A stretch of 58,652 nucleotides of DNA, filler included, from Sphacelaria rigidula (lineage: Eukaryota), in NCBI GenBank assembly GCA_964200075.2. It is 10 parts of 10 records of this genome, joined end to end, with 100 filler letters (N's around TTAATTAATTAA, not from the genome) between each part and the next. Parts side by side here need not be neighbours in the genome. Positions count along the whole stretch, not along the records: positions 1 to 5,776 come from CAXNAA020024558.1; positions 5,877 to 11,652 come from CAXNAA020024559.1; positions 11,753 to 17,527 come from CAXNAA020024560.1; 7 more parts are not named here. One strand, given 5' to 3'. Positions 1 to 12,407 of this stretch are shown one piece after another. A program made the translations under genes and the position numbers. The stretch's first letter is position 1. Every line of letters starts with the position of its first letter. Under the pieces are notes generated by a model. It made no database searches and had not been told where the DNA came from. It saw only the letters and a list, made by a program, of their open reading frames with translations.

Positions 1-3000
1 TCAAGCGACACAAGTGCTGCTTGGGGAAGGAGTAGATATATTTGTTCAGACGAAAGAACCCTTCTGTATTCCACTTCGACGAAACTCCGTCCTCGCAGAT
101 AGGCAAAAAGGTTCAGGACTCTGATGCCTGTACAATGGTAACTGATGGGCAGGACATCGTGCTTTTGTGACTATCAACATCAGCCATCCTTTTTTTGTAA
201 TTGCAGCGCATCTTAAAAATGCATCCGCTGCGTGTGGAGACACGCTGCAAAGCCGACACTTGGTTGATGAAAAGCGTGACTGGTACCGTCGGAGAGCGCG
301 AAATTACAGTGCGTCGACGCTATTATAGGCGGTATGTGTTGGGTTGGTGAGAAAATTTCGCTATCGTGTCAAATTAGTTGGTAGAAGACAAGACGTCGAA
401 CGGGCGTTTCATCTTGCAAATATTCGGAGCCAAATTTCCTCAACAAGCGCGCAAGACCGAGTTTGTTGGACAAGCGTGAAGCTAGACGTGCGTATTGGTG
501 ATGTCATACTATTATTCGTCGCCGTTGGTACCGTGTGGTTGCTTGAAATGACGTCGGTGCAATTGAGCCGCTGCTGGAGTATCGCATGCTGTCCGGTAGT
601 TGGACACAGCTCGAAACCAGCTGCTGATATGTTGAATGCGATCCGTCTGAGCAATCTATCGGTATTCACCTTGCGTCATATTGTCCCCACGCTTGTTGAC
701 AGGCCACCAACGTTTACCGAGGTGTCGATAGGTCCTGCTTGCAGTATTGGCTATGAAATTCAGTCCAGTCAGCAGGCATTTCTTCTTCAGTTGTCGCCAG
801 TGCGCCGCATTTGAATAGTATGGGCGATGCTGTTGATAGTGCGCCATAGGATACAGGCGATGGTGATGGAACCATGACTGGAGACGTTGTATAGTAGGGG
901 GCTGCAGCTACCCTTCACGGCGCTGTGCCCGTGGCGAATGAATGAAAACAAGCAACCAAAACACGTTGTACGCGTTCGTGGCTGTGCCCCACGGTAGGTT
1001 TTTCAGACAAGCGCGCAGAATCAGCGCCATAAAAAGCCTGGAGCATGACGCAAAATTCTTGGACCTCGCTTGCAACTTGTTGAAGTTTGAGTTTTTCACA
1101 TGGACAATGTATCGCTAGCAGCGGCATATTGCTCTTTTCAAGTTGTGCTTTACCCTACGTTTGACTTCGTGGCGTGCACAACGCAACCCCAGCACCGGCA
1201 TGCTGAAGTTGGAAATATATGTAACTCAGTCGATAGCAGGTGTTCGTTTCAAGTTATACTCAGCCCTCCCGCCGTACTTCACTTCTACATGCGGTTCATA
1301 CGCGCTATCGGTTGCTACAACAACCGTAAAACTCGTGAAGCTGTAGCATTGCTAGGACACCAAACATATTAGAAATTATTTAGTAACTGCTCAACATCTC
1401 TTTTCAAGGAGTAAAACGCCCAGGATGACATGCTTGACATAGAACTGGACGCAACTGTAGTGTGAAGCCAGAAAATCTAGAACGTGCGAACAACTGGTAA
1501 GGTCTCTCCGAAGAGATTTCGGATAACATTTTGTTTCAACGTCAGCTTACTTTTCGTCAGCGCATATATCACGAAGTTGACAGTTTTGAGAACTGCTCTT
1601 TTTTATCGCTCCCAACATGCAAAACACGTGATATTAGTTCGATTGATTACCGCACATTAACTGATCGCCGACAGACCCAGCTGCGGCCATTATCCACAAG
1701 ATGGATGTGCCCGAGGGGAACTCAACCGAAACGCTTGCTGAGGGAAAAGGAAAGTGAAGAGAAACAAAGCTTGGAACAAAAAAGAAAACAAATGTAGTAC
1801 GCAGAGAAAGGAAACGCGAGGTAAGGTGAGGAGAGGAGAATCGTTAGGAGGGGATTAAGAGACGGCCCAAATGAAAAACAAGGAAGAAACCAGAGCAAGA
1901 GGGGTACAGGGGGCGCGAGGCCTACACTGCTGAATTTGGCACCCATTTCGTCTCCACATACACTTCACGATTTTCCCACAAAGTGATTGGCACGAACGAA
2001 TAGGACGTAATGTTCGCTATCTGACAGCTGAGCGTGCAGAGCCACCGCCGAACGCTAGCGGCGCCTTGGAGAGCTTACTGCTATACATGATTTCACAAGC
2101 TACACACTCAATACAATACTTTATCGTTTGTCGTTCATGAATGCAATGACGATGATATGCCGAGATGGGGTTTGCGCACCCCGAATTGTGATGACACGAG
2201 GCACACGGTGCAAGCGTAGTCCGACCGACCTGAGACTTCTCAGGCAAACGCACTCCAACCACGGCGTCGTCTCCGCTACCCCTTTCATGGTTGCCCCATC
2301 GTTATCCGACGAACGATAACCTCCTGCAGGCACCAACTCCTCTCCTTTGCATGCCTGTTCCAGGGCCTTATACGTAATTTGACGTCAGCTCAATGTCCAG
2401 GGTTGGGGCGCTGGGGGTGGGTGGGTGAGAGCATACAACTTCATTGAAGACTGAGTAAAGTAGGTGCTCGAGCGGAGTTGAGTAAAACGCAATATCATTT
2501 GTTTGCTGAACCCCACTTTCCTCATATTTGCACGATTCGTTTTGAGCCGTAGGTGTTATCCCGAAGGAGCTGATTTTCCTGGTGCGGCTGGACCGGCTGA
2601 GACTAAGCGGGAACTCGTTCGACGGTGAGAGAGTCTGTCTGAACAAGTTCGACCCTAGCCACATACATCGTTCTCCTCCACATGGATTTCAGTGGACTAC
2701 AGCCTGTGTCCATCGTCCACGCTCGGTTCATATCTGTACCACGATACTCATGACGAGTCCAACGGCTGCTCGGTAAAGAGATGAATTCAGCGCAACGTAA
2801 GTAAGGGTCTGCAGGGCGAGAAAGGCGTTGATGTTAGTGGTATCCTTAGTAGGAGTTCCTTGGTGCTATCTACGTTGAACGGAGAGCTCTTGTCATGGGC
2901 TTTGTAGAAGGAAGGAATTCGCTGTTGTATTGTTATCAATGGCCTAAGTGGCAGATAAACGGCGTCGGCGAGACGTGTGCGAGTGGAACTTTTGTTCGAG

Positions 3001-3314
3001 ACTCCACCCGATCTAAAGAACCCAAGACATTGAGTGCCGGTTCTCTATCCCTGAATTTCAAAACGATCATCTTAGAAGATATCTGCGCATGTTCTACTGA
3101 ACAACACACACATGGGTAAAAAAATGACTCGTCCAGTCATTTGGGTTGCCATCAGGATACGTACGTTGTTTGTGAAAGCAAATTGCTGGGCTTTGTTCCA
3201 AGATCACGTCCCCACCACATTGAAGACCAGGGTCTAGCGGTAAGCGTGTAGCGGAAAAATTACACTGGAGTATATCTTTCCCGCGATCGATCACTTGGTT
3301 TTTCGACGTTGAAG

Positions 3315-3561
3315 GAGATAAATGCTACGGTAGGGATGCATACATATTAGGTTGGGAGCCCTTTGTCTCATCAACAACACGACTTCTGAAATATTAGGTG
3401 AGAGTAAGCCAGGATTACTGATTCACTGTGCTGGAGATATCCCGAATGAGTTTGCACACGGGGATGCCCCGACTCATATTCTTGTGCATCTAGAACCGTC
3501 AGGGGCCCCTGAACCAGACAAGATTTTGCGCAAAAAGTGCACCCCTACCGTAGCATCGCTC
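3315..3561. mobile_element. MITE family D (~250 bp; TIR consensus GAGYRATGCTACGGTAGGGGTGCAC)
   Basis: Inverted termini tgctacggtaggga...cccctaccgtagca; interior colinear with the copy at 12408-12663. Confidence 0.8.
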
Positions 3562-5776
3562 AAGAGTGAGTACAGGTCGGATGTTCCCGAAACAAACTTG
3601 CGCTCAGACAATTGTTCGTAAAAAATCACCGATATTTGTCCCACTTTACATGTGTCTTGAGTTGGGAAGTTGCAGGGGTAAAAGTTGCGTTTTGTCATTT
3701 CTGTAAAGTGATAATCGCCAGCGCACGTGTCGTCGGAGGCGCGACGTGAGGATATCGCCCTGCTGTCATCATGGATTTATATTCGTGTTCGTACTTTATG
3801 CTGCACATTATCCGCACGCTCTGGCGCACCAGGTGGCCCTGTTGAAAACATGAGGAGAGGCCAGATCTCGCGCTGGATGCAGCGGAAACTGCTGCGAGGT
3901 GGGTATGCCGTAGACGCTGACACTTGGGGTTGATCAATGGCAATGCTCTATCTAGCGTATAGACATGCTTTGCGAAAGGTGATGGCGATGTATCGTTGCA
4001 TGTACCTCTCGAGCCGCCTGCTTCCCCTCGCCGTGCCAGGCTCCTGGGTTCATAGTTGGTGCACAAAGTTTCTTGGAAGTTCACTCGTCATGTGCCAGCG
4101 AGAAGGCCCCGAAGAAAAATCCCGGGTTACATCAACTCAACTCTCCAGCTATATGAGATGGTTGTTGATATGATGACATCTGGCGAATTGTGCCTTCAAG
4201 CTGATGAATGATTGTTTGGCATAGTGCTTCCCAAACATTTTGATGGTCTTGAAAGTAGCGCTAGTCTTCACTACCGACCGTACTTTTGGTGCCGCTTGAA
4301 AGCTCTGTTATATATCTGAAATACTGGGGTGCCTCACAATATCACCATAATCGAAAGATTTCATACGCTGGCCATGGCTGTAATTCTTGACCCTGATCCA
4401 AACCATCACCCCTCTCGTGATATGCGCTAGTGATCGAGCTAAAACCTCTTGTTCACCGTGTTGAATCTGATATACAGTCTTGTACATCGTGCGAGTACGG
4501 CCGCCACAACAAAGTCTCAATTGTATTTTTCAAGACCCCGGAATACTGCCTTTCATGGGGAATACTGCCTTTCATGCCTAATAGCATATATCCATGTACA
4601 TCTATTTTTGTCTCAAACCCAACACTCTCCCTGTCATCACTTGTCCTTGCGGATCTCACGACTGTGCAAAACAATGGGACCCCTGGGGAAAAAGTATCCA
4701 GTAGCTTGGTACTGATTTTTTATGCGAACGCCCGATTTTGCTTGCCTGCTTGTTTTGTTTGTCGCCATGCTTTCACACTATATGCACGTGTTTCAGCGTG
4801 TTGACAACACAAACGCTCTAACGGTTAGAGAGAAAACACAGCAGATCAGGGGGGGTGGGCGACAGGCGACAGCTGCAACCACCATTTTTTCCTAGCTAAC
4901 ACGCTGCCGTCATCATTGACGTATCTCGTTGGTGATGGATCATCCAACACTCTCAGCTCCGGACCCCTCAGATGGACGATTTGAAAGACGTCAGATATTA
5001 CAAACGCCGCAGTTCTCGAGTTGGTAAGTAGGTGACAAGAACAACATGACAGCAAGAACAACTAAGCAGTAGCAGTACGCTAAGAAGAAGAAAATCACAC
5101 ATGAATGGACATTGTAGCCGGCATTTGAGTGTGAGATGGACCAACCTGTGGCAAAGGTCGGAACACGCCAAAGTTTCATCATGTGTGTCCAATATGCCAC
5201 CGTAAGGTCACTCAAAACACCATGAATTGGCACTCACTGTGAGTCAGTCGAATGGATGAGTTCTTTCGAAAAGCTCCGATCGAGGAGTACGAGTTTTGGT
5301 GCCGCACAGGGGCTTGATTCTCGGTGTCGAATGCGACAAAGGGCCTCCCCGGCGTATTTTTAGCAACTGTTCATTTTGGTTGCGCTAAATATTTATGAAC
5401 AGCCCCGACCATAACCGCCGCGGGGCGGAAAAGGTTTTGATTCGAAATCTCAAGTATAGAGATGACACAGGAAATCCCTCGAGACTGCCAGAAACACAAG
5501 AATCAGCACAATGAACGCGAGCCTAGGTACTCGATACGTGCGCAAACAAACCGATAAGAAGACAAGCACGGTACCGTTAACACGCGTCGCTCTCTGGAAG
5601 GGGGGCAGGGTAGTACAAGAGAAGCGTTATTTTAGAACGCGCACCTATATCGTGCTGCGTTGCTCCGACAAGCGGTGGTGTCACCCGCAGTTGCGTTGTA
5701 CGCTAGGCCGCTGTGCAGCGGCCAACACACGGATCGTCTACATCGCGCCAAGGACCTCGGCTGGTGGCCAGTGCAC

Positions 5777-5876
5777 NNNNNNNNNNNNNNNNNNNNNNNN
5801 NNNNNNNNNNNNNNNNNNNNTTAATTAATTAANNNNNNNNNNNNNNNNNNNNNNNNNNNNNNNNNNNNNNNNNNNN
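5777..5876. other. Artificial contig spacer (N44-TTAATTAATTAA-N44)
   Basis: Exactly 100 bp with a six-frame stop core; the same unit recurs every ~5875 bp. Confidence 0.97.
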
Positions 5877-6433
5877 GTCCGTGCAAGACAGATATGCCAC
5901 TTCAGCCCCATATTTTGTATGAACCCCAAAATATAAAATCGGCTGTTATAAAATCATTATATTTTATATCATATACATTTTAAATATGAGAATAAATATG
6001 TCGAGGAGAGAAAACAGACATATACCCCGCAAAGCCCACCAAACTCTTCAGATTTTGTCAATGTTCATTGATTAATTTCTTGAAACAAAGTTAACAGAAA
6101 ATATTTTTTAAAAACAGGATGATTTTAATTGTCGGAAAAATGCCCTCCGGCATCTGAGGTCATCGGGACAGAACAGGCAAGGAGCAGAAGTAGATACACG
6201 AACCCCACAAAGCCCACCAGACTTTTCCATTTTTGTCAGCGTTTCTTGATGTTTTTTTTGTAACAATAAAAATATTCAAAGCAGTGTTTATTGATCAATT
6301 CCTTGCGAGAAACTTGAAAAAAAAACAATCATGACGATTTTCGAAAAAATACCTTCCGGGAGGGGGGAGGGGGGTGGCTTACGTGTCCGAAACGTTTCGC
6401 TCGACAGACCCTTAAGTGTGCCTACGTTTTGGG

Positions 6434-6628
6434 GTAACCCTTGGACAACGAGAGTAGGTCATCTGTTGAATCGGCATCAATTTCACTCGAAATAAGTGGG
6501 CAAAGTCTAGGTAGACCACGCTCGCGGTCTGAGGGTACTGTATAGGTCACCTTCTGAATCGGCATCAATTTCACTTGAAAAAAATGGGCAAAGTCCAGAT
6601 GGGCTGTCCACATCGTGGTCCAAGGGTT
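6434..6628. mobile_element. piggyBac-type mini-MITE family H, two tandem/overlapping ~100-bp units
   Basis: taacccttgga...taggtcatctgttgaatcggcatcaa...ccaagggtt; homologous to 30134-30238 and 49765-49869. Confidence 0.65.
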
Positions 6629-6689
6629 CGCCGACCTTTGGCTACAATTGTTCATGGTTAACACATTTCAAAGTATTGCTTCCCCGAAC

Positions 6690-7440
6690 CCTAACCCCAA
6701 CCCAACGCATGCCGAGAACCCTCGGGCAATAAGTGCGGTACATAGCATTCCCGAGGCAAAGTACGGCCTTGGTAGACCCCCAACGCATACCGAGAACCCT
6801 CGGGCACTAAGGGCGGTACATACATTCCCCAGGTACAAGACAACCTCTGTATACCCCGAATCGGTGCCTGTGGCGCCGATCTGAACGAACTGTTTTCTAT
6901 GCATGCGAACACGGGACTGTGAGCCCTACTAAAGATCCGATTCTCGTCCTACATACATTCCAGTAGGCATAGTGTGTGTTGGTAGACCCAAAATCGACGC
7001 CGCAGGCGCCGATTTCGACAAAACCACGTTCTGGACGGGCACCTAACCCCGACCCAAGGCGTACGAGACCCTCAGACAAGGGGGGTACATATGTTCCCCT
7101 AGGTATAGTGTGTGTTGGCAGACCTGAAATCGATGCCGCAGGCGCCGACTTCGACGAAAACACGTTCTGAACAAGCAACTCACTCCGACCCAAGCGTGGA
7201 GACTCTTGGACAAGAGGGGTACATGCGTTCCCCTAGGCATAGTGTGCTTTGGCAGACCTGCAATCGATGCCGCAGCCGCCAATTTCGACAGAAACACGTT
7301 CTGGACGAGCACTTAACCCCGACCCGAGGCGTACAAGACCCTAAGACGAGGGGGGTACATGCGTTCCCCCAGTGTGCGTTAGCAGACCTGAAATCGACAC
7401 CGTAGTCGCCGATTGCGACAAAACACTCTCTGGACGAGCT
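6690..7440. repeat. Degenerate tandem repeat, ~135-bp unit, about 5 copies
   Basis: Motifs ccgacccaag, ggggtacat, ggcagacctgaaatcgatgccgca and cacgttctg recur; gaccc anchors at 7051, 7187 and 7321. Confidence 0.85.
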
Positions 7441-7727
7441 GGGTCCACTGCTCACCTGCCCCAAACCATGAATGTTCTCAGCACTTTCTCAAGTCTAAGA
7501 TCTAGTAGTCATGTTGTCAACCATAGATATACGACCAACGCTCTAGATCTACCACTTTTACGTGACAATGGATTATGAACAGACCGTGCCGGCGATGTAA
7601 TACAGCAGGGACGTGCGTGTCATGGGTTCAGAGCTTGCGCGACGGGATAGTGTTCCGGGATGGGAAGAGCCAAATATCATACCAGGATACCGGGAAGCCG
7701 AGTTTGAGATACCTCCATGATGTAACG

Positions 7728-8325
7728 GAGGGTCTGGTACATTTCCGCATGTAAAAGTAATGTTACTCAGTGATATCGTGAAAAACTCCGCATCATATGA
7801 GCGAACTGTAGGTGGGGCAATCGCCGAAATATTCACCTGCAAACTCTGCTCCAGTGCGCTGTAAGTTGATATCGGTAGAAGAGCACTACCATAACCACCT
7901 TGCCGGCTGCCAGACTGTCACGACGTGGGATCCGCTAGCATTGCTTCTGTCTGTACAGGGATGTTGCCCTCTTGTTTGGTACGTTTTGGAGCGTGATACT
8001 AGATGTAGATCATTCTTCCTTGTACATGGGCACCAAGCGCTGGGCGTGTTTACTCAAGACTTTGATTTGAAGGATGCTACTAGGTAGGCAGTAGCAACCG
8101 CTGTGTCCAGGTGCCCCTTGGAGCAGGATGCGTTTAGTGTCTGTTTCAGAAAATCATCCCCGAAAAGACGAAATCAACAGGGGTTTAGAGTGTAAAAATA
8201 TAGCAGAACAATCGTCGCAACAACCGAGTCGCAGAAATCAAGTCGGAAAAATCCTGTCGCAAAAAACGGGTAGTCGAATATATACCCGTAGCAGAAACCA
8301 AGTTTACTTTATGAAAGTTGGAATC
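7728..8325 (+). mobile_element. 3' part of long tRNA-headed SINE-like family E
   Basis: Colinear with ~19968-20520 (gggtctggtacatt...ggcaatcgccgaaatattc...tgtgtccaggtgcc...gcagaaacc). Confidence 0.75.
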
Positions 8326-8514
8326 GTTACCCAACTCTTACAAATAGCTCAGAGGATGAAACGATCGAGGGTATGTTCCAAGATCGTACAACAGACGGTG
8401 GAGCTGAAGCGAAAAGTGCACCCATTCAGCTGTATGCAACACAATATGTGGCCAATACCTACTCACCTCGTCGCAGGGCGCTGTGTTCTGGGCGCACACG
8501 ACTAGACGGGGGGG

Positions 8515-8577
8515 GTACTCATTTGTTGCTTGCCTTAGTCATTTGACCATTGACCACGCATCCCTTTCGAGACGGAG
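8515..8577 (-). mobile_element. 5'-truncated C-tract LINE-like family A copy with 17-bp TSD
   Basis: gtactcatttgttgcttgccttag...cgagacggag flanked by direct repeat cacgactagacgggggg at 8497-8513 and 8578-8594. Confidence 0.85.
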
Positions 8578-9360
8578 CACGACTAGACGGGGGGCAGAAA
8601 AGGAGCAACATCCGGCACATCGACGACCAGCGACGTACGTCGTTTCCGGATAGCCACCCAGACAAATATCGAATAAAGTTGGAGATGCTCTGTTACACTC
8701 GATCCGAGAGCCCCATCGCGGGCCAGCCCTGAGAATAAGGACATATATCCTCGTCCTTCAGAATTATAGAATGAGAAATGACTGGCATTCTCTGGGGATC
8801 GGTTTCGTGTGCCTGGACAAAACCTAGGCCGAACATAATCCTCCCTGTAGCGTGAAAAAACCGTAGACTTCTCAGAGTTCCGTGCACGTCTATACACATC
8901 ATCATTATATTAGTGAAGAAACCTTACAGATGAACCGTAAATATCCAAATACGACGGGCACCATCAATGCTGTGCTTGACCGTGAACCAGTGAAAGTCGA
9001 CATGCGAATATACAGGATGTTTTCGACACACAAGCAGCCGTCACGGCATGACGATCGCCGTATTCAGTAAACATGGCACAACTAGAAATAGCGTCCATCG
9101 CCAAGCCCTGTTGGTGTACCGCAGCGACCTGGAGAGCTAACATAAAATGACAGTCACTGGTACATGGACATCAGGCCCCTCTCTACGAATCCGGAACCAA
9201 GTCAACCTCGACCCCATGCGCAGAAGAACACAATGAAGAGCCAGCTACGCGCGCTCATTTATCACAGCATCGCACCATTTTGCTCACAGTGCCGACAAAA
9301 CAAAACTCAGAGTTTTTCTAGCCCTCCTGCCGCACGAATCCCTTCCCAGTAGATTCAAGA

Positions 9361-11652
9361 TTAGACCAAGGGCGGAGAGGAATGGGATGGTGCCACCTCC
9401 AGCTTAACATTCCGTTTTCCTTCGTCAACCACTGTACCAGTCTCGACCACTGAGGATCTCGATACAGTCGAGGCTACTGTACGACGCCGCTTGGGCCCTC
9501 GTTGATTGGTGGAACAGCGGCAGTCGCTCGCGGATGAAACAGACCGCTCGCTGCTCCTTCGTCCCCCACTGCGCAGACGAGTACGAGGAGAGACAACCAG
9601 CTCTAGCTTCATGCCTGCTTCTTTTGTGGAAATATTTTCACTCTCCGCGGTCGCTTTTCCTGGGATTACCGGAAGCACCGAAGAACGGTGACTACAATTC
9701 TCGCGTACTTCGAGACGAGGACGAACACCACCGCTTGCATCGATACCAATACCATTACATTCTTCGAGGGTTGATTCTCGTCCGTGGATAGCGCCCCCAC
9801 CTCTACTCTCGCCTAGGTCATGATCTAGGGGGGACGCTTCATGGCCGAATGCAGACATGTTAGGCATGGCACCCATTTCGACCGCATGCTCGCGGCAGGA
9901 ATTCATCTTGCTTGTCCCTTCCAGATCGCGCATGATGTGATTCAGGGGGTCCTTCTGGTCACACTTCTTGCTGATGACATTCACCATGCCCGCGCCAGCA
10001 TGTTGAGCGCAGAACTCTCGATGCCTGCTGCCTACCGCGCCGTATGACGGTCGTTTGGAGCAGCCCTCGTGGCCGCATCTCTTGTTCACGACATTCACCA
10101 TGCCCGCGCCAACATGTTGAGCGCAGAACTCCGCCCGCCTGCTGCCTACCGCACCGTGTGACGGCACCTTGGAGCAGCCCTCCTGGCCGCATCTCCTTCT
10201 GCTCAGGACATACACCATGCCCGTGCCAGCATGTTGAGCGCAGAACTCCGCCCGCCTGCTGCCTACCGCACCGTATGACGGCAGCTTGGAGCAGTCCTCC
10301 ACGTCACACCTCTTGCTCACGACATACACCATGCCCGCGCCAGCATGTTGAGCGCAGAATTCCCGATGCCTGCTGCCTATCGCACCGTATGACGGCTGTT
10401 TGGAGCAGCCCTCGTGGCCGCACCTCGTTCTGCTCAGGACATACACCATGCTCGCGCCAGCATGCTGAGCGCAGAACTCCGCCTGCCCGCTGCCTACCGC
10501 ACCGTATGACGGTACCTTCGAGCAGCCCTCCTGGCCACACCTCCTCCTGCTCAGGACATTCACCATGCCCGCGTCAGCATGTTGAGCGCAGAACTCCGCC
10601 CGCCTGCTGCCTACAGCACCGTATGACGGCTGTTTGGAGCAGCCCTCCTGGCCACACCTCCTCCTGCTCAGGACATACACCTTGCCCGCGCCAGCATGTT
10701 GAGCGCAGACCTCAGCCTGCCTGCTGCCTATCGCACCGTATGACGGCTGTTTGGAGCAGCCCTCCTGACCGCACCTCCTCCTGCTCAGGACATTCACCAT
10801 GCCCGTGCCAGCATGTTTAGCACAGAACTCCCGATGCCTGCTGCCTACCGTACCGTATGACGGCTGTTTGGAGCAGCCCTCCTGGCCGCATCTCGTTCGG
10901 CTCATGACGTTCACCATGCCCATGCCAGCATGTTTAGCACAGAACTCGGCCTGCCTGCTGCCTACCGCACCGAATGACGGTACCTTGGAGCAGCCCTCCT
11001 GACCGCACCTCCTCCTGCTCAGGGCATTCACCATGCCCGTGCCAGCATGTTGAGCGCAGAACTCGGCCTGCCTGCTGCCTATCGCACCGTATGACGGCCG
11101 TTTGGAGCAGCCCTCCTGGCCGCATCTCGTTCGGCTCATGACGTTCACCATGCCCATGCCAGCATGTTTAGCACAGAACTCCCGATGCCTACTGCCTACC
11201 GCACCGAATGACGGCACCTTGGAGCAGCCCTCCTGACCGCACCTCCTCCTGCTCAGGACATTCACCATGCCCGCGCCAGCATGTTGAGCGCAGAACTCGG
11301 CGTGCCTGCTGCCTATCGCACCGTATGACGGTCGTTTGGAGCAGCCCTCCTGGCCGCACATCTTGTTCACGACATTCACCATGCCCGCGCCAGCATGTTG
11401 AGCGCAGAATTCCCGATGCCTGCTGCCTATCGCACCGTATGACGGTCGTTTGGAGCAGCCGTCCCGGCCGCACCTCCTCTTGTTCACGACATTTACCTTG
11501 CCCGCGCCAGCATGTTGAGCGCAGAACTCGGCCTGCCTGCTGCCTATCGCACCGTATGACGGCTGTTTGGAGCAGCCCTCCTGACCGCACCTCCTCCTGC
11601 TCAAGACATCCACCATGCCCGTGCCAGCATGTTGAGCGCCGAACTCTGCCTG
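9361..11652 (-). CDS. EsV-1-7 cysteine-rich repeat protein (5'-partial; 14 complete C-X4-C-X16-C-X2-H repeats, one degenerate repeat, low-complexity C-terminus)
   Basis: Uninterrupted ORF open to the contig end. 38-39 aa repeats such as CGQEGCSKQPSYGAVGSRQAEFCAQHAGAGMVNVLSRRR have the EsV-1-7 spacing known from brown algae (Ectocarpus IMM family). C-terminal PKRRR NLS-like motif. Confidence 0.93.
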   Translation of the reverse strand, partial: QAEFGAQHAGTGMVDVLSRRRCGQEGCSKQPSYGAIGSRQAEFCAQHAGAGKVNVVNKRRCGRDGCSKRPSYGAIGSRHREFCAQHAGAGMVNVVNKMCGQEGCSKRPSYGAIGSRHAEFCAQHAGAGMVNVLSRRRCGQEGCSKVPSFGAVGSRHREFCAKHAGMGMVNVMSRTRCGQEGCSKRPSYGAIGSRQAEFCAQHAGTGMVNALSRRRCGQEGCSKVPSFGAVGSRQAEFCAKHAGMGMVNVMSRTRCGQEGCSKQPSYGTVGSRHREFCAKHAGTGMVNVLSRRRCGQEGCSKQPSYGAIGSRQAEVCAQHAGAGKVYVLSRRRCGQEGCSKQPSYGAVGSRRAEFCAQHADAGMVNVLSRRRCGQEGCSKVPSYGAVGSGQAEFCAQHAGASMVYVLSRTRCGHEGCSKQPSYGAIGSRHREFCAQHAGAGMVYVVSKRCDVEDCSKLPSYGAVGSRRAEFCAQHAGTGMVYVLSRRRCGQEGCSKVPSHGAVGSRRAEFCAQHVGAGMVNVVNKRCGHEGCSKRPSYGAVGSRHREFCAQHAGAGMVNVISKKCDQKDPLNHIMRDLEGTSKMNSCREHAVEMGAMPNMSAFGHEASPLDHDLGESRGGGAIHGRESTLEECNGIGIDASGGVRPRLEVRENCSHRSSVLPVIPGKATAESENISTKEAGMKLELVVSPRTRLRSGGRRSSERSVSSASDCRCSTNQRGPKRRRTVASTVSRSSVVETGTVVDEGKRNVKLEVAPSHSSPPLV

Positions 11653-11752
11653 NNNNNNNNNNNNNNNNNNNNNNNNNNNNNNNNNNNNNNNNNNNNTTAA
11701 TTAATTAANNNNNNNNNNNNNNNNNNNNNNNNNNNNNNNNNNNNNNNNNNNN
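11653..11752. other. Artificial contig spacer
   Basis: Same 100-bp spacer. Confidence 0.97.
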
Positions 11753-11870
11753 GAGTCATTGCTCGTGGTAAAAAAAAGTACTGACTCGAGCACACGAGTC
11801 ATGCTCGTTGTGTTTTGGGAAAACACTCATGAGTGCACTCGTCCAAACGAGTAATGACTCGTCCGACCTG
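11753..11870. repeat. Probable end of a non-autonomous DNA transposon with clustered CGAGT/ACTCG motifs
   Basis: Many gagt/actcg motifs in both orientations, ending in gtccgacctg. Confidence 0.4.
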
Positions 11871-12407
11871 TGCAATATTTTTCAACTTAAACGCCAAGAG
11901 TGAGAAAACAATAATCGCACATTAAATTCAGTACGGCGGTTCCCGGGGTGTCTTCATGCCCTCTATTGAACTATTATCATTGTGCTAACGTGCTCAAATT
12001 GAAGTGCATGTGGAAGCACGTGCTCGTAAATTCCTGTTATAACTCGGGATTTACAAATTGCGGATGTTTTCTTTTCAAGGTGAGCCTCGAAAACGTCTAT
12101 AAGCGAGCATCGAAGTACTTTCGAGGTAAAATGCAGACGCATTCCGTGATGTGTGGCCTCGCTTCCTAAAACAAAGCTTATCAATCTGTGAAATTCCATG
12201 TTTATTCCGAAGAGTTTCGGACTCTGTTTATTCCCGTGTAAAAAGGCCATTCATATTTCTCAGAATAACCCATAACCCGTTGGCACGATTTTTTTTCTCA
12301 ATTTGCGGATGGATTTTCTTCGAGAATAAGCGAGGTCACACATCACCGCCGGAGAGTGCATTTGCTTTGTCCTCAAAATTAGTTCGATTCTCATTAAGGT
12401 TACCAAG

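Noticed and set aside
1..5776. Decayed transposase or Helitron ORFs on the minus strand of contig 1
   Set aside because: Some stop-riddled frames look protein-like, but I found no diagnostic motif; this needs BLASTX.
5821..5832. TTAATTAATTAA as a biological motif (for example a piggyBac site)
   Set aside because: It is always centred in N runs, so it is an assembly linker.
9960..11652. CRISPR-like array interpretation of the regular 114-117 bp repeats
   Set aside because: The whole unit is repeated with no unique spacers, unit lengths are multiples of three, and the repeats form one ORF.
9361..11652. Endogenous phaeovirus insertion
   Set aside because: No other viral-like genes or gene-dense region on the contig; flanks carry host-type repeats, and EsV-1-7 domains are common in host genes.
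10044..11708. Antisense and alternative-frame ORFs over the EsV-1-7 repeats
   Set aside because: Shadow ORFs produced by a GC-rich in-frame tandem repeat.
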